Source of the DNA: Candidatus Moranella endobia PCIT
GTDB lineage: Bacteria > Pseudomonadota > Gammaproteobacteria > Enterobacterales > Enterobacteriaceae
Assembly: GCF_000219175.1 (NCBI RefSeq)
Contig: NC_015735.1
Coordinates: 270,001-302,000, forward strand
Direction of reading: 5' to 3'
DNA: 32,000 nucleotides
Made by a program: the position numbers and the translations under genes
The notes under the pieces: generated by a model
What the model was told of the DNA's origin: nothing
The model's input: only the letters and a program-made list of their open reading frames with translations
Database searches by the model: none
Part shown: positions 10,341 through 23,180 of the stretch, in pieces
How the letters are laid out: each line of letters opens with the position of its first letter
Position numbering within the stretch: the stretch's first letter is position 1

Positions 10341-10583
10341 TTAAGTGCTATACTGCTTACCTGGCAAGCAATACCGAATGGTACGGCGCGCGTGAACGCG
10401 CGCTAATTTCTTTGCATGACGCTTAATTGCAGCTGATTTAGCACGCTTACGTTCAGTAGTTGGTTTTTCATAAAATTCGCGCCGCCGAACCTCAGACAAT
10501 ACACCTGCTTTTTCACAGGAACGCTTGAAACGACGCAATGCTACATCGAAAGGCTCGTTTTCACGCACTTTAACTACAGGCAT
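10341..10583 (-). CDS. rpsU: 30S ribosomal protein S21
   Basis: The ORF reads [62 protein letters not shown]. It is 80 aa versus 71 aa in E. coli because the stop codon lies 9 codons later. Confidence 0.97.
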   Translation of the reverse strand: MPVVKVRENEPFDVALRRFKRSCEKAGVLSEVRRREFYEKPTTERKRAKSAAIKRHAKKLARVHARRTIRYCLPGKQYST

Positions 10584-10896
10584 ATGCCTATCACCTCGAT
10601 AAAATTCAGATATTGTAACTAACCTATGTCCTTATGTCAGTTTCTGCAAAATATTGTTTTTCGAATTCTACTGTACACCTACAAGCTTTGTAAAGCATTG
10701 CCTTCTCTTTTATCTTTATATACTCTCAAGATGGCACACAATATGTGCAAAAATATTTGCGCTTGATAAGTTATGGCTTAATAAAGCCAATAAATTTGGA
10801 CGTCAAATTGCACTTTAAAACTTAACTAAAGCCTAATATCAGTACAGAGTATATCATAATAGACTGTACACAGAAAAAAAAGGTGGTAGTGATTTT

Positions 10897-11919
10897 ATGC
10901 GAGTATTGGGTATTGAAACATCATGCGATGACACTGGGGTGGCTATTTACGATCAACAGCAAGGATTACTGGCTAATCAACTATATAGCCAGGGGGAAAT
11001 GCACTCAGATTATGGAGGGGTGGTGCCAGAACTTGCTTCCCGTGATCATGTACGCAAAACAATTCCACTGATTCAGGCAGCGCTAGCGCAGTCAGGACTA
11101 CCGGCGTCGGAGATTTATGGAGTGGCCTACACTGCTGGACCAGGACTAGTCGGTGCGTTGATGGTAGGTGCCACTATAGGGCGTGCGTTGGCCTATGCTT
11201 GGAAGGTTCCAGCTGTCGCCGTGCATCATATAGAAGGGCATCTGTTGGCGCCTATGCTGGAGGACAATCCACCAGCGTTCCCGTTCTTGGCACTGTTAGT
11301 TTCCGGCGGTCATACCCAGCTAATCGCTGTTACTGGTATCGGAAAATATCGACTGCTGGGAGAATCCCTTGACGATGCCGCCGGCGAAGCATTCGATAAA
11401 ACCGCTAAGCTATTAGGATTGGATTATCCTGGCGGGCCTATGCTAGCGCGGCTAGCGCAGCAGGGCGTGCCAGGACGTTATACTTTTCCCCGCCCGATGA
11501 CTGACCGGCCGGGGCTAGCATTTAGTTTCTCCGGTTTAAAAACCTTTGTCGCCAAAACTATTAGCACTTGCGCAAATGATCACCAAACGCGCGCAGACGT
11601 CGCGCGCGCATTTGAGGACGCAGTAGTAGATACGTTAATGCTAAAATGCCAGCGCGCGCTTGATATTACTTGTTTCAAGCGATTAGTAATTGCCGGAGGC
11701 GTCAGCGCCAATCAAGCACTGCGCGTCAGCCTAGATAGAATGATGCGGCAAAGAAACGGAGAAATATTTTATGCTCGTCCTGAGTTTTGTACTGATAATG
11801 GCGCGATGATCGCTTATGCTGGCATGGTGCGACTACAACAGAATGGGACTAGGACAGATCTGGCAGTGTCAGTACGGCCGCGCTGGCCCCTGGATGAAGG
11901 GTTAACATTTGATGTCTGA
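10897..11919 (+). CDS. tsaD: tRNA N6-adenosine threonylcarbamoyltransferase TsaD
   Basis: 340-aa ORF starting [19 protein letters not shown], with the HHIEGH metal motif, [10 protein letters not shown] and [13 protein letters not shown]. It is divergent from rpsU, as in E. coli. An AAGGTGG SD lies upstream. Confidence 0.97.
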   Translation: MRVLGIETSCDDTGVAIYDQQQGLLANQLYSQGEMHSDYGGVVPELASRDHVRKTIPLIQAALAQSGLPASEIYGVAYTAGPGLVGALMVGATIGRALAYAWKVPAVAVHHIEGHLLAPMLEDNPPAFPFLALLVSGGHTQLIAVTGIGKYRLLGESLDDAAGEAFDKTAKLLGLDYPGGPMLARLAQQGVPGRYTFPRPMTDRPGLAFSFSGLKTFVAKTISTCANDHQTRADVARAFEDAVVDTLMLKCQRALDITCFKRLVIAGGVSANQALRVSLDRMMRQRNGEIFYARPEFCTDNGAMIAYAGMVRLQQNGTRTDLAVSVRPRWPLDEGLTFDV

Positions 11920-11979
11920 TTTATAAACCCTATCGATCTATCAGGTGATCGATGGACTGTAATTCAATATGTATGCGAG

Positions 11980-12546
11980 TTATGTAACCCTGGATACATA
12001 TTGACCAGAGCGCGTATTTACGCGAATAACTTCACCAATCTGAACAAATAGTGGTACTTTCACTACCGTACCGGTAATTAGCGTGGCTAATTTTACGCCA
12101 GTACCGAAGGTATCGCCTTTCAATCCAGGATCAGTTGCGGTTATTTCTAGCTCAACGAAATTAGGAGGAGTAACGATTATTGGTTTATCATTCCATAAAG
12201 TCAGTACACATTTCGACTGTTCCACCAGCCATTTCGCGTTATCGCTAACGGCTTTAGCATCCGCGGCCAGTTGTTCAAAGTTTTTTTGATTTATGAAATA
12301 CCAGAACTCACCATCTTTGTACAAATAAACTAGGTTAATATCGATAATATTGGCAGCCTCAACCGAGTCACCAGATTTAAATACCTTGTCCAGTACTTTA
12401 TCTGAAACTAATGTGCGTAAACGTACCCTGCTAAACGCCTGGCCTTTTCCTGGCTTTACAAATTTATGATCAATTATCAAGCATGGCTCACCATCAAGTA
12501 TAATTTTGAGACCAGAACGCAATTCATTTGTATTATAATAACCCAT
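11980..12546 (-). CDS. efp: elongation factor P
   Basis: I place the start at ATG 12546 ([22 protein letters not shown]), with GAGGA upstream. This gives 188 aa, as in E. coli EF-P. The track's start at 12579 adds 11 unlikely residues. The modified-lysine loop VKPGKGQAF is present. Confidence 0.93.
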   Translation of the reverse strand: MGYYNTNELRSGLKIILDGEPCLIIDHKFVKPGKGQAFSRVRLRTLVSDKVLDKVFKSGDSVEAANIIDINLVYLYKDGEFWYFINQKNFEQLAADAKAVSDNAKWLVEQSKCVLTLWNDKPIIVTPPNFVELEITATDPGLKGDTFGTGVKLATLITGTVVKVPLFVQIGEVIRVNTRSGQYVSRVT

Positions 12547-12942
12547 GGTAGTTATCCTCAGTATCAACAGAAGCATCAACAGATAACTTAAAAAGTATCT
12601 ACATATTATATACTAATTACGTACTACTGAGATATTGCACCGGCTAACTGGAAAGATTAAGCTGTTGGCACTTAAGATATAGATGTACTTAGTAACTATT
12701 GCTAACTGTTAATTAATTTTACGTTGTGTGATATTTTTGATCAAAAGTTAATGCGACTGAAGACTGATATCGACCACGATCGCTTCATTAGCATACATAA
12801 TCATCTGTATAATATGCTGCTATATATCATAGATATCTTGGCGCAGATGCGCTATCTGTATGAAAAAACTGAAAAAAAATAGTTGTACTTTGGTGATTTT
12901 GATTGGTTAATTTAACGTTCATTACAGGGAGATAACCTCTTT

Positions 12943-13395
12943 ATGGCCGATAAGTTCCAAATTTTGCTTTTAAATGGACCGAACCTAAATTTGCTTGGTA
13001 CCCGCGAACCAGAAAAATATGGTCAGATCAAGCTAACCGAAATAATTGCTAACTTAAGCATACTAGCAGGCAGTCTGGGAGCAAAAATCAGCCATGTTCA
13101 GTCTAATGCTGAACACGTTCTGATCGACCATATCCATCAGGCGCATGGTAATACCGATTATATAGTAATCAACCCAGCAGCGCTTACCCATACTAGCATA
13201 GCCCTACGTGATGCGCTGTTAGCGGTAAAGATCCCGTTCATTGAAATTCATCTATCCAATGTGCATGCTCGGGAACATTTCCGGCATCAATCCTATTTGT
13301 CCGATATTGCGGTGGGTGTAATATGCGGTCTTGGTGCCGATGGGTATAGTTTTGCTTTACAGACGGCAGTTAAACGCTTGTTAACCTCTACTTAA
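12943..13395 (+). CDS. aroQ: 3-dehydroquinate dehydratase, type II
   Basis: 150-aa ORF with [29 protein letters not shown] and [16 protein letters not shown], the signature motifs of type II DHQase. It lies directly upstream of accB, as in many gammaproteobacteria. Confidence 0.93.
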   Translation: MADKFQILLLNGPNLNLLGTREPEKYGQIKLTEIIANLSILAGSLGAKISHVQSNAEHVLIDHIHQAHGNTDYIVINPAALTHTSIALRDALLAVKIPFIEIHLSNVHAREHFRHQSYLSDIAVGVICGLGADGYSFALQTAVKRLLTST

Positions 13396-13416
13396 TTCGA
13401 GCATGGGACCCAACTA

Positions 13417-13845
13417 ATGGATCTTCGTAAGATCAAAAAACTGATTGAACTAATTGAAAAATCTGGCATTGCTACTTTGGAAATCTCTGAGGGTGAAGAA
13501 TCGATTCGTATTAATCGTGCTCTGATGCAACAGACCTATCTGCCACAGACTAATATCTCTGCAGGGCAGCAGTCGTCTACTACCCCAGTAACCTTATCGG
13601 CGACAACGAGCGGTCACCTTGTGCGTTCGCCCATGGTTGGCATATTCTACCGAACCCCCAGTCCTGATGCCAAATCTTTCGTAGAGGTTGGTCAGAAGGT
13701 CGACGTTGGCGATACTATTTGTATTATTGAAGCGATGAAAATAATGAACCAGATTGCATCGGACAAAAAAGGCGTGGTAAAAGCTATTTTACGGGAAAAT
13801 GGTCAACTAGTTGAATTTGATGAACCACTAATAGTAATTGAATAA
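13417..13845 (+). CDS. accB: biotin carboxyl carrier protein of acetyl-CoA carboxylase
   Basis: 142-aa ORF starting [18 protein letters not shown], with [20 protein letters not shown] and the biotinyl-lysine motif EAMKIMN. Confidence 0.95.
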   Translation: MDLRKIKKLIELIEKSGIATLEISEGEESIRINRALMQQTYLPQTNISAGQQSSTTPVTLSATTSGHLVRSPMVGIFYRTPSPDAKSFVEVGQKVDVGDTICIIEAMKIMNQIASDKKGVVKAILRENGQLVEFDEPLIVIE

Positions 13846-13976
13846 CTAGGTTCAACTAATTTCTGGCGTATTTTATTAAAAAGTTTGCGACAAATATTTA
13901 CCGTAATTCTGATCGGTATTCAATTTTACATTGAAAATAATAAACTTTTCTTACTAAATTTAGCAACAGCTATTAC

Positions 13977-13998
13977 TTTCAGCTCAGCTGAGCTGAAA
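13977..13998. repeat. 22-bp perfect palindrome in the accB-accC spacer
   Basis: The sequence TTTCAGCTCAGCTGAGCTGAAA is its own reverse complement. An A-rich run follows on the plus strand, so it is not a canonical plus-strand intrinsic terminator. Confidence 0.8.
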
Positions 13999-14302
13999 AA
14001 AATAACAAAAAAATAGCATTGCATTAATTGGCAATATAAATATTATCTAGCAGAAACAATTTGCTTCCTAGTGTTACAGGGGAATGCAATTACGTCTACT
14101 AACAAATTTTAGATGGCTGTACAAGCAAAATACTGTTAATTACTAACTCATTGATCAAGATAGGTAACAGCAAAACTAGGTAAAAATAGTTGAATAATGT
14201 TACTGTTACATACATAGCTGCATGAGCATATGACGCACCATGATCAGTGCCGTATAAAATATTCGTCGCTTTATGGCAATTTGCTATTCCCAGGAGGAAA
14301 AC

Positions 14303-15685
14303 ATGGATTGGCAAAAGTTTAGCGATATTAGGGTCAGTGATTTAGATAAAATCGTAATCGCAAACCGCGGTGAAATTGCATTGCGTATTCTGCGAGCGTG
14401 CAAAGAACTAGGTATCAAAGCAGTGGCAGTACACTCTACCGCTGACCGTAACCTAAAGCATGTGCTGCTTGCTGATGAGACAATATGTATTGGTCCCCCG
14501 CCTTCTGAAAAAAGTTATCTCAATATTCCGGCAATTATATCAGCGGCAGAAATGACTGGATCGGTTGCTATCCACCCTGGATACGGTTTTCTATCAGAGA
14601 ACGCTGATTTTGCCGAGCAGGTAGAAAGTTCAGGCTTCATCTTTATCGGCCCGCGCGCGGAAACCATTAAATTAATGGGCGATAAAATTTCCGCCATCAA
14701 AGTGATGAAACAGGCAGGCATATCCTGTATTCCTGGATCAGACGGTCAATGGGATGACGATATGGCAAAAAACCGCGCGATCGCCAACCGCATCGGTTAT
14801 CCGTTGATTATCAAATCAGCCGGAGGCGGCGGTGGGCGCGGTATGTGCGTGGTACGCAGCGAAAACGAACTGGATACATCTATCCGTATAACTCGTGCAG
14901 AAGCGAAAGCTGCGTTTAACCATGATATGGTCTACCTGGAAAAGTACCTTGATAATCCGCGCCATATTGAAATCCAGATACTGGCAGATGGTAAAGGTAA
15001 TGCCCTGTACCTGGCAGATCGCGATTGTTCCATGCAGCGCCGTCACCAGAAATTAGTTGAAGAAGCACCAGCGCCCGGTATTACCGATGCATTACGCCGA
15101 TTTATCGGCGAGCGCTGCGCAAAAACCTGCGTGGAAATCGGTTATCGCGGTGCTGGAACTTTTGAATTTCTATACGAAAATGGTGAATTATTTTTCATTG
15201 AGATGAATACCCGTATTCAAGTAGAACACCCAGTTACTGAGATGATAACTGGCATAGACCTTATCAAAGAACAGCTGCGCATCGCTGCCGGACAGTCATT
15301 ATCCCTACAACAGCAAGATATAACTGTGTCTGGCCACGCAGTAGAATGCCGTATCAACGCCGAAGATTCGACAAACTTTCTACCTAGTACGGGTAAAATT
15401 ACCCGATTCCACGCGCCTGGCGGCTTGGGTGTACGCTGGGAATCGCATATCTATGCTGACTATTCTGTGCCACCATTCTACGACTCCATGATAGGAAAAC
15501 TAATCTGTTTTGGTGAAAACCGTGACGTCGCCATCGCCCGCATGAAAATTGCGCTGTCGGAGCTAATTATCGATGGTATTAAAACCAACATTGATTTGCA
15601 GGTAAAAATAATGAATGACGAACATTTCCAGCAAGGTTGCACACATATACATTATTTTGAGCAGAAGTTCAGTGGTCAAACCTGA
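14303..15685 (+). CDS. accC: biotin carboxylase subunit of acetyl-CoA carboxylase
   Basis: I chose the start at ATG 14303 because AGGAGG (14292-14297) lies 5 nt upstream. The track's ATG at 14273 has no SD. The body reads [45 protein letters not shown] and ECRINAED, collinear with E. coli AccC, plus about 11 extra N-terminal residues. Confidence 0.95.
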   Translation: MDWQKFSDIRVSDLDKIVIANRGEIALRILRACKELGIKAVAVHSTADRNLKHVLLADETICIGPPPSEKSYLNIPAIISAAEMTGSVAIHPGYGFLSENADFAEQVESSGFIFIGPRAETIKLMGDKISAIKVMKQAGISCIPGSDGQWDDDMAKNRAIANRIGYPLIIKSAGGGGGRGMCVVRSENELDTSIRITRAEAKAAFNHDMVYLEKYLDNPRHIEIQILADGKGNALYLADRDCSMQRRHQKLVEEAPAPGITDALRRFIGERCAKTCVEIGYRGAGTFEFLYENGELFFIEMNTRIQVEHPVTEMITGIDLIKEQLRIAAGQSLSLQQQDITVSGHAVECRINAEDSTNFLPSTGKITRFHAPGGLGVRWESHIYADYSVPPFYDSMIGKLICFGENRDVAIARMKIALSELIIDGIKTNIDLQVKIMNDEHFQQGCTHIHYFEQKFSGQT

Positions 15686-15756
15686 GCAAACGTTATGTTA
15701 TGGTAATCTGATGATTAATAAATTAACTTATCATCTTTATCAGATGGTATCCTCTA

Positions 15757-15939
15757 TTAATAGAAGTAGTAGATAATATCTGCGACAGTTTTTTACTTTA
15801 GTCCTGGTATTTTATAGTGCCAATAAACATTATTTCCGCTTGATTATGTTACATACACGCCATTTGTTTGCTAATACCAGGCACACTTCCTAAAAACTTA
15901 ATTTTTTCAAAAGTGATGCAGCAGACATATCAGTGTCAT
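15757..15939 (-). pseudogene. ihfA: probable eroded remnant of ihfA (integration host factor alpha)
   Basis: ATG 15939..15937 lies 3 nt after the pheT stop, the position ihfA occupies in enterobacteria. The 61-codon frame has stops at codons 11, 14, 23, 32 and 49. Two islands of resemblance survive. NGVYVT*SSGNN resembles IhfA NGEQVKLSGFGN. PGLK*K resembles RPGQKLK, with a terminal stop 16 codons later (17 in E. coli). The similarity is weak; position is the main argument. Confidence 0.4.
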
Positions 15940-15942
15940 AAA

Positions 15943-18336
15943 TCAATCCCTCAAGGAGGCGTGGAAGCGCTGCTTTATTGCCATCACGCATTTAGCAACG
16001 ATAGTGTTAATCTCATCCTCTTTTAGAGGACTAATTGGATCCTGTAAGATTAATCTGATAGCAAGACTTTTAAACCCTGCCTTGACGCTACTGTTGCGAT
16101 ATATGTCAAATAAAGTTACACCAAATAACTTATTTGCAAGCACTTTTCTACACTCTGCGAGAACATCGGCGGCGGCGACATCATTAGCTACCACTACTGC
16201 GATATCGCGTCGGTTAGCAGGAAAAGATGAAATATTCTGCGCCTTAGGTATTTTACATTTGGCAATATTCTTCCAGATAAGTTCAAATACGATTGTGCAG
16301 CTCATTAAATTAAGTTTTGACTCAAGCTCAGGATGAATCATCCCAAGTAATCCAATTACTTCATGTTTACGATAAATTGCAGCACTTTGCCCAGGATGTA
16401 GTGCGGGATGTCGTGTTGCCCTAAATTCAATATCGTTTAATGTTCCCGTCAGCTCCAGTATTGCCTCAATATCGCCCTTGGCATCGTAAAAATCAACCGG
16501 CTGGCACGACTGATCCCAATGTGCACTAAACTGCGGACCTGTGATTACTCCTGCCAATATCAGCTCCTGACGAATGCCCATGTCGGCTACATGATCAGGA
16601 ACAAAGCGCAACCCACTTTCAAACAGTCTGATCCGCTTCTGCTGACGATTCTGATTATTTACCACCACACTAAGCAGGCCAGTCCATAACGACAAACGCA
16701 TGGCGGACATATCTTGGGCCATTGGACGTGGTAGTACTAGTGGTTCCTGCTGCGGATGGAGCATTGACTGGCTTGTGGGGTTGACAAAACTATAAGTTAT
16801 AGCTTCCTGATAACCGCGGTCTACTAGTAGTGTTTTAGCACGTAACAGCGGCAGCTCTGCTTCGCTATGATGCGGCATCAACAAGTTTGCTCGTACTGGA
16901 ACCGAAGGGATTACATCGTAACCATAGATACGCACGATCTCTTCAATTAAATCTTCTTCTATAGCTATATCGAAACGCCAGCTAGGTGTCAGAACTTGCC
17001 AGTTCTCATCGCGGCGGCTGACCTGGAAGCCAAGACGGAGCAAGATATTGCTAACTTCCTCGTCCGGTATAACATATCCTATCAAACGGTCTAGGTTTTC
17101 CCGTTGCAGGTAAATGTTGGATGGTTGATCAAGTTCGGTTTCATAGGTAACCTCTATAACTGGTCCCGGATTACCTCCGCAAATTGAGATTAATAGCGCC
17201 GTTGCCCGCTCCATAGCGCGCGGTTGCAACGCCGGATCCACGCCGCGTTCGTATCGGTAGGAAGCATTGGTGTGTAGTCCGTAACTGCTAGCGCGACCAG
17301 TGATAGCCAAAGGATGAAAAAAAGCGCATTCTAGCACTACGTCGCGGGTGGTTGGTTTGATACTGGAGAAGGCACCGCCAACAATGCCGGCTATCGCTAG
17401 CACTTTGCTATAGTCAGCAATTACTAGCGTATCAGGTAACAGCTTGACTTCTCTACCATCAAGCAACGTAAGTGCCTCATCATGCCTAGCATGACGTACC
17501 ACAATACCCCCAGAAATTCGATCTAGATCAAATGCATGCATGGGCTGTCCCAGTTCTAACTGTACATAGTTGGTAATATCAACTATGGTATTCACCGACT
17601 GCAGACCACTGCGGCGTAGTTTTTCTTTCATCCATAGTGGCGTTGAAGCATTGACGTTGATATTTTTCACCACTCTGCCCAAATAGCGTGGACAGGCGTT
17701 GTTCTGGTCAATGTGAATCGGCACAGCATCGACGATCAACGGAGACACCATCTCGATGACCGGCTGTACAAGTGGCATGCGGTTAAGCACCGCAACATCG
17801 CGAGCAATACCTAGCAAACAAAGACAATCGGCTCGATTCGGTGTGACGTTCATGCTGAAGATATTATCATTAAGCTGGAGATAGTTGCGGATATCCTGGC
17901 CGATAGGCGAATCTGCGGGCAGTTCAATAATGCCCATGCCATTAGTGCAGTTGGAAATACCTAATTCAGAACATGAGCACAACATTCCCTCAGAGAACGC
18001 ACCGCGCCATTTTATAGCCTTAATCTTTAAGTTTCCTGGCAACACAGCGCCCGTTTTTGCCACCACTACCAGCAGATCAGCACGACAGTTGGGTGCACCG
18101 CAAACAACATCTAGCTGTCGATCGCAGCCGATATCAACTTTGGTTACCCACAATTTATTTGTATTAGGATGCGTTCGACATTCTACTACTTTGCCAACTA
18201 CCACCCCAGTAAAACTGCTCGCAACAGGTTCTATACATTCTACTTCTAGTCCAGCCATGGTCATCTGCTCCGCTAACGCTGAGCTATCTATTGCTGGATT
18301 TACCAATTCACGCAGCCAAAGTTCACTGAATTTCAT
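15943..18336 (-). CDS. pheT: phenylalanine--tRNA ligase beta subunit
   Basis: 797-aa ORF starting [33 protein letters not shown]. It is full length relative to E. coli PheT and begins 15 nt after the pheS stop. Confidence 0.97.
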   Translation of the reverse strand: MKFSELWLRELVNPAIDSSALAEQMTMAGLEVECIEPVASSFTGVVVGKVVECRTHPNTNKLWVTKVDIGCDRQLDVVCGAPNCRADLLVVVAKTGAVLPGNLKIKAIKWRGAFSEGMLCSCSELGISNCTNGMGIIELPADSPIGQDIRNYLQLNDNIFSMNVTPNRADCLCLLGIARDVAVLNRMPLVQPVIEMVSPLIVDAVPIHIDQNNACPRYLGRVVKNINVNASTPLWMKEKLRRSGLQSVNTIVDITNYVQLELGQPMHAFDLDRISGGIVVRHARHDEALTLLDGREVKLLPDTLVIADYSKVLAIAGIVGGAFSSIKPTTRDVVLECAFFHPLAITGRASSYGLHTNASYRYERGVDPALQPRAMERATALLISICGGNPGPVIEVTYETELDQPSNIYLQRENLDRLIGYVIPDEEVSNILLRLGFQVSRRDENWQVLTPSWRFDIAIEEDLIEEIVRIYGYDVIPSVPVRANLLMPHHSEAELPLLRAKTLLVDRGYQEAITYSFVNPTSQSMLHPQQEPLVLPRPMAQDMSAMRLSLWTGLLSVVVNNQNRQQKRIRLFESGLRFVPDHVADMGIRQELILAGVITGPQFSAHWDQSCQPVDFYDAKGDIEAILELTGTLNDIEFRATRHPALHPGQSAAIYRKHEVIGLLGMIHPELESKLNLMSCTIVFELIWKNIAKCKIPKAQNISSFPANRRDIAVVVANDVAAADVLAECRKVLANKLFGVTLFDIYRNSSVKAGFKSLAIRLILQDPISPLKEDEINTIVAKCVMAIKQRFHASLRD

Positions 18337-18351
18337 GTGGTTGTCCCGCTT

Positions 18352-19341
<990 letters not shown>

Positions 19342-19429
19342 TCAACCTCTATCTAGATGACTTAATATAAATATGAGCTCAGTCAACGTCTGTACTAGTA
19401 CAGCGCGCTTGTGTTAGTTAATTAGTAAT

Positions 19430-19453
19430 AAAAAAACCTCCACTTAGGGAGGC
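19430..19453 (-). terminator. intrinsic-terminator-like hairpin plus U7 between rplT and pheS
   Basis: The minus strand reads GCCTCC-CTAAGT-GGAGG followed by TTTTTTT. The stem is 5-6 bp and GC-rich with a 6-nt loop. It lies about 175 nt downstream of the rplT stop and about 95 nt upstream of the pheS ATG. Confidence 0.5.
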
Positions 19454-19628
19454 TATAGCTTGATTTTAGTTATTTGCATTTTTAAATACAGTAAGCGCAG
19501 ATCAACGCATACCAAACAGATGGTAAAGCACATGTAACATTAGTAGCAAGCATTAATAGGCATGCAAAATTATAAACTTGTGGGTATCTATTCTGGATAG
19601 GTGAGGGAAAATATTGGCTCTTTAGTAT

Positions 19629-19988
19629 TCAACCTGCTAAGGCACATTTTGCTTTATCTGTCAGAGCGGCAAATGCTGTTTTGTCAAATACTGCAATATC
19701 GGCCAAAATTTTACGGTCAATCTCTATAGAAGATCTTTTCAGACCATTGATAAGCTTGCTGTAAGAAATACCCTGCTGACGAGCAGTAGCGTTAATTCGC
19801 GCAATCCACAGTTTACGGAACTGACGTTTCTTTTGCCGGCGGTCACGGTAAGCATACTGGCCGGCTTTGATAACAGCCTGGAAGGCAACACGGTAAACAC
19901 GCGAACGGGCGCCGTAGTAGCCATTCGATTGTTGTAATATTTTTTTATGACGTGCGTGTGCTACCACACCGCGTTTTACGCGAGCCAT
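19629..19988 (-). CDS. rplT: 50S ribosomal protein L20
   Basis: 119-aa ORF reading [58 protein letters not shown]. Confidence 0.98.
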   Translation of the reverse strand: MARVKRGVVAHARHKKILQQSNGYYGARSRVYRVAFQAVIKAGQYAYRDRRQKKRQFRKLWIARINATARQQGISYSKLINGLKRSSIEIDRKILADIAVFDKTAFAALTDKAKCALAG

Positions 19989-20040
19989 ATATCTCTCTCC
20001 TATATTTGATTTTCATTCCAACCAGTAGTTGAAATACCGT

Positions 20041-20238
20041 TTACGCGTACGGCAAGCAACGCACAACCGAACCCAAATCATTTTGAGAAAGACTGGATTT
20101 CAGTCGAAGATGACGCTTATGCTTAGTTGATTTTTTGGTTAGTAGATGACGTAGGCCAGCATACTTACGCTGAAAACCTCCTGAAGCAGTTTTTTTAAAG
20201 CGTTTTGCGGCACCGCGTACAGTCTTTATTTTTGGCAT
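20041..20238 (-). CDS. rpmI: 50S ribosomal protein L35
   Basis: 65-aa ORF starting [22 protein letters not shown] and ending CLPYA. Confidence 0.97.
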   Translation of the reverse strand: MPKIKTVRGAAKRFKKTASGGFQRKYAGLRHLLTKKSTKHKRHLRLKSSLSQNDLGSVVRCLPYA

Positions 20239-20264
20239 TAATTCACCTCGGCAGGCTTATAATA

Positions 20265-20804
20265 CTATTTCTTATGGGGTGCCAGCACCATGATTGCCTG
20301 GCGTCCTTCAATTTTGGACGGAAAAGATTCGACTACTGCCAGTTCACTTAGATCATCGCGAACGCGGTTCAGTAATTCGATGCCAATCTGCTGGTGCGCC
20401 ATTTCACGTCCGCGAAATCTTATAGTTATTTTAGCTTTATCGCCTTCTTCCAGAAATCGAATCAAGTTACGTAGTTTGACCTGATAGTCGCCTTCATCTG
20501 TACCAGGACGAAATTTTATTTCTTTAATCTGGATAACTCTTTGTTTTTTCTTTTGTTCTTTGATTGATTTGCTTTTTTCATATAGGAACTTACCATAATC
20601 CATGATTCGGCAAACCGGAGGTTCGGCATTTGGACTAATTTCTACTAAATCAACACCTGTTTCATCTGCTTTTGCAAGCGCTTCCTTCAAGTAGACAACA
20701 CCAATCTGCTTACCATCAATATCGGTAAGACGAACCTCTGCGGCGCTTATTTCTTGGTTAATGCGATGGGTGCGCGCTGATTGAACTAGTTTTCCGCCTT
20801 TAAT
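20265..20804 (-). CDS. infC: translation initiation factor IF-3, AUU start codon
   Basis: The track's ORF (20265..20690) starts at an internal TTG. The frame stays open upstream to ATT 20804..20802, which lies 3 nt after the thrS TAA (20810..20808). The added 38 codons read [38 protein letters not shown], matching the E. coli IF3 N-terminus [28 protein letters not shown]. The total is 179 aa. Confidence 0.92.
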   Translation of the reverse strand: MKGGKLVQSARTHRINQEISAAEVRLTDIDGKQIGVVYLKEALAKADETGVDLVEISPNAEPPVCRIMDYGKFLYEKSKSIKEQKKKQRVIQIKEIKFRPGTDEGDYQVKLRNLIRFLEEGDKAKITIRFRGREMAHQQIGIELLNRVRDDLSELAVVESFPSKIEGRQAIMVLAPHKK

Positions 20805-20807
20805 ACT

Positions 20808-22739
20808 TTATTCCTCCATATTATGAAGATTACGGCTACTGATTTCTTGCTGCAGCTTTACAATAAGCTTGTTAACGTCGATGCTACCAAGGTTTTTACC
20901 CCGGCGTGTACGCACAGTAACCTCACCTGTTTCCATCTCTTTATCTCCACAGACTAACATGTAAGGCACGCGACGCAAAGTATGTGTGCGAATTTTAAAG
21001 CCTATTTTTTCATTTCTCAAGTCTGCTTTTACCCTAATACCTGCTGTTGACAGTTTGTCCGTTAGGTTTTCGACATATACTGACTGATGATCGGTAATAT
21101 TCATTGTAACAACCTGTGTCGGTGCCAGCCAGGTAGGGTAGCAACCAGCATATTCTTCTGTAAGAATGCCAATAAATCTTTCCATTGACCCTAAAATAGC
21201 GCGGTGAATCATAACCGGGACCAAACGTTCGTTATTTTCTCCAACATAAAAGGCGTTTAAACGACCTGGCATTGAAAAGTCTAGTTGTACTGTACCACAT
21301 TGCCAGGCACGGTCCAGACAATCAAGAAGCACAAATTCAATTTTCGGACCATAAAAAGCTCCCTCACCTGGTTGGTATTCAAAGAGCATACCATTTTCCG
21401 TTAGCGTTGCGGCTAAATCCTGCTCAGCCCTGTTCCAAACTTCATCGCTACCAATATGATGTTCTGGTCTAGTGGACAGTTTGACAAAAATTTTTTCGAA
21501 ACCAAAAGTAGCATATATGTCATACACCATTTTAATGCAATTATTTACTTCATTGTGTATTTGGTCTTCAGTACAGAAGATATGGGCGTCATCTTGGGTA
21601 AAGCCGCGCACACGCATTAAGCCGTGTAGCGAGCCGGATGGTTCATTGCGGTGACAACTACCGAATTCAGCTATGCGCATCGGTAGATCGCGATAAGACT
21701 TCAAACCCTGATTAAACATCTGCACATGTCCGGGACAATTCATCGGTTTGATACAATATTCACGATTTTCAGATGAAGTAGTAAACATATGAGAAGCATA
21801 ATTTTCCCAATGGCCAGTATTTTCCCAAAGCATGCGGTCCATCATTAAGGGCCCTTTAACTTCCTGATATTGATAATCTTTCAGTTTCATCCGTAAAAAC
21901 GCTTCTAGCTCACGGAATATAATCAAGCCATCGTTGTGCCAGAAGAGCATGCCAGGTGCTTCTTCCTGCATATGATAGAGGTCAAGCTGCTTACCTATCT
22001 TACGATGATCGCGCTTAGCAGCTTCTTCCAGCTGTTGCAAATAGGTATTAAGCTGTTTTTTATTTCCCCAGGCAGTACCGTAAATACGCTGCAGCATTTT
22101 GTTTTTGTGATTGCCGCGCCAGTAAGCACCTGAGGTTTTTTGCAAAGTGAAGTGGTGGCAGAAACTCATATTGGGAACGTGTGGACCGCGGCACATGTCC
22201 ACATATTCTTCATGATGATACAGCACTGGCTGATCATTGCGGTTGATATTTTCGTCAAGTATAGCAACTTTATAATCCTCACCACGCGAAGTAAACTCAT
22301 CACGGGCCTGTTGCCAGCTAACTTTTTCTTTGATGATACTATAATTTTTGTTTGCTAGTTCGTGCATATGTTTTTCTAGCAGATCGAGATCATCCTTGGT
22401 TAGGGTATGGTCTAGATCAACATCATAATAAAAACCTTTATCAATGACCATCCCGATTGCTATTTTGGTATTTGGCCATAATTGCTTTATGGCGTGCCCC
22501 AGTAAATGCGCGCAGGATTGGCGGATGATTTCCAATCCCGCCTCATCATTTGCAGTAATGATTGAGAGCTGGGCGTCGTGCTCAATAACATCAAAAGCAT
22601 CTACCAATTCACCGTTAACTCTGCCGGCAATGCAAGCTTGAGCAAAGCTTGCACCACCTATATTACGTGCGATATCAAGTGGAGAAACAGGCTTTGTAAG
22701 CTGAAGTTTACTGCCATCAGCGAGAGTTATAACGGGCAT
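20808..22739 (-). CDS. thrS: threonine--tRNA ligase
   Basis: 643-aa ORF starting [10 protein letters not shown], with [35 protein letters not shown] and [14 protein letters not shown]. It is collinear with E. coli ThrRS. Confidence 0.98.
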   Translation of the reverse strand: MPVITLADGSKLQLTKPVSPLDIARNIGGASFAQACIAGRVNGELVDAFDVIEHDAQLSIITANDEAGLEIIRQSCAHLLGHAIKQLWPNTKIAIGMVIDKGFYYDVDLDHTLTKDDLDLLEKHMHELANKNYSIIKEKVSWQQARDEFTSRGEDYKVAILDENINRNDQPVLYHHEEYVDMCRGPHVPNMSFCHHFTLQKTSGAYWRGNHKNKMLQRIYGTAWGNKKQLNTYLQQLEEAAKRDHRKIGKQLDLYHMQEEAPGMLFWHNDGLIIFRELEAFLRMKLKDYQYQEVKGPLMMDRMLWENTGHWENYASHMFTTSSENREYCIKPMNCPGHVQMFNQGLKSYRDLPMRIAEFGSCHRNEPSGSLHGLMRVRGFTQDDAHIFCTEDQIHNEVNNCIKMVYDIYATFGFEKIFVKLSTRPEHHIGSDEVWNRAEQDLAATLTENGMLFEYQPGEGAFYGPKIEFVLLDCLDRAWQCGTVQLDFSMPGRLNAFYVGENNERLVPVMIHRAILGSMERFIGILTEEYAGCYPTWLAPTQVVTMNITDHQSVYVENLTDKLSTAGIRVKADLRNEKIGFKIRTHTLRRVPYMLVCGDKEMETGEVTVRTRRGKNLGSIDVNKLIVKLQQEISSRNLHNMEE

Positions 22740-23180
22740 AAGATTTTCCTGTAGTAGTTACACACGTAAACACCGATTAAATATTAACTTTAGCATTGTT
22801 AAGTTGCGTATTTTTGTTATGTTATTGAATAAGTGCACAAGCATATTTGCACAGGTGTACAAAAAAAACAGCTAAATCAATGTAATTCATACATGAATAC
22901 ATTCAATTTATTGAGAGTATTAAACAGAGTAATGTATACAAACAAATATGCACCTAGGTTAAGTTAATTGCTGCATCATTTAGGCGATGTTTATAATTTA
23001 ATACCATGTATTATATTGTATGATACCTGTGACATTTAATAATAAAAAAGAAGTTTAATTTTAATTATGAAATTGCAGCGTAGCATAACGAATATAAAGC
23101 ATAGCAATACTTCTTAAATTAAGACATTTGCACGGTGGCTGGCTTATTCAGAACTACTTATAAATAACTGGAGTGACACC

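Noticed and set aside
12563-12583. Two-copy 12-nt tandem repeat (ATCAACAGAAGC ATCAACAGATAA) just upstream of efp.
   Set aside because: It has only two copies and is short, with no known binding-site match. It is likely slippage or a chance duplication.
12751-12882. 43-codon ORF (MRLKTDIDHDRFISIHNHLYNMLLYIIDILAQMRYLYEKTEKK) upstream of aroQ, with faint resemblance to the ends of MsrQ.
   Set aside because: There is no SD, the resemblance is anecdotal and from memory, and I am unsure of the ancestral neighbour.
14099-14314. 71-aa minus-strand hydrophobic ORF in the accB-accC spacer.
   Set aside because: Its start overlaps the accC start on the opposite strand. It has no SD, and its AT-rich composition gives a Leu/Ile/Asn/Tyr-rich translation. 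It is not supportable as a gene.
19390-19403. A 14-bp perfect palindrome CTGTACTAGTACAG upstream of pheS resembles a LexA box.
   Set aside because: A LexA box is CTGT-N8-ACAG, and this has N6. No other SOS context is present. It may still be an operator, but I cannot assign it.
22740-22800. I looked for the tRNA-Thr anticodon-arm mimic (the ThrRS translational operator) in the thrS leader. A CGU triplet lies at about -27 to -25.
   Set aside because: I could not fold a convincing 5-bp stem with a 7-nt loop and U33-like context around it. I do not remember the E. coli operator sequence well enough to align it.
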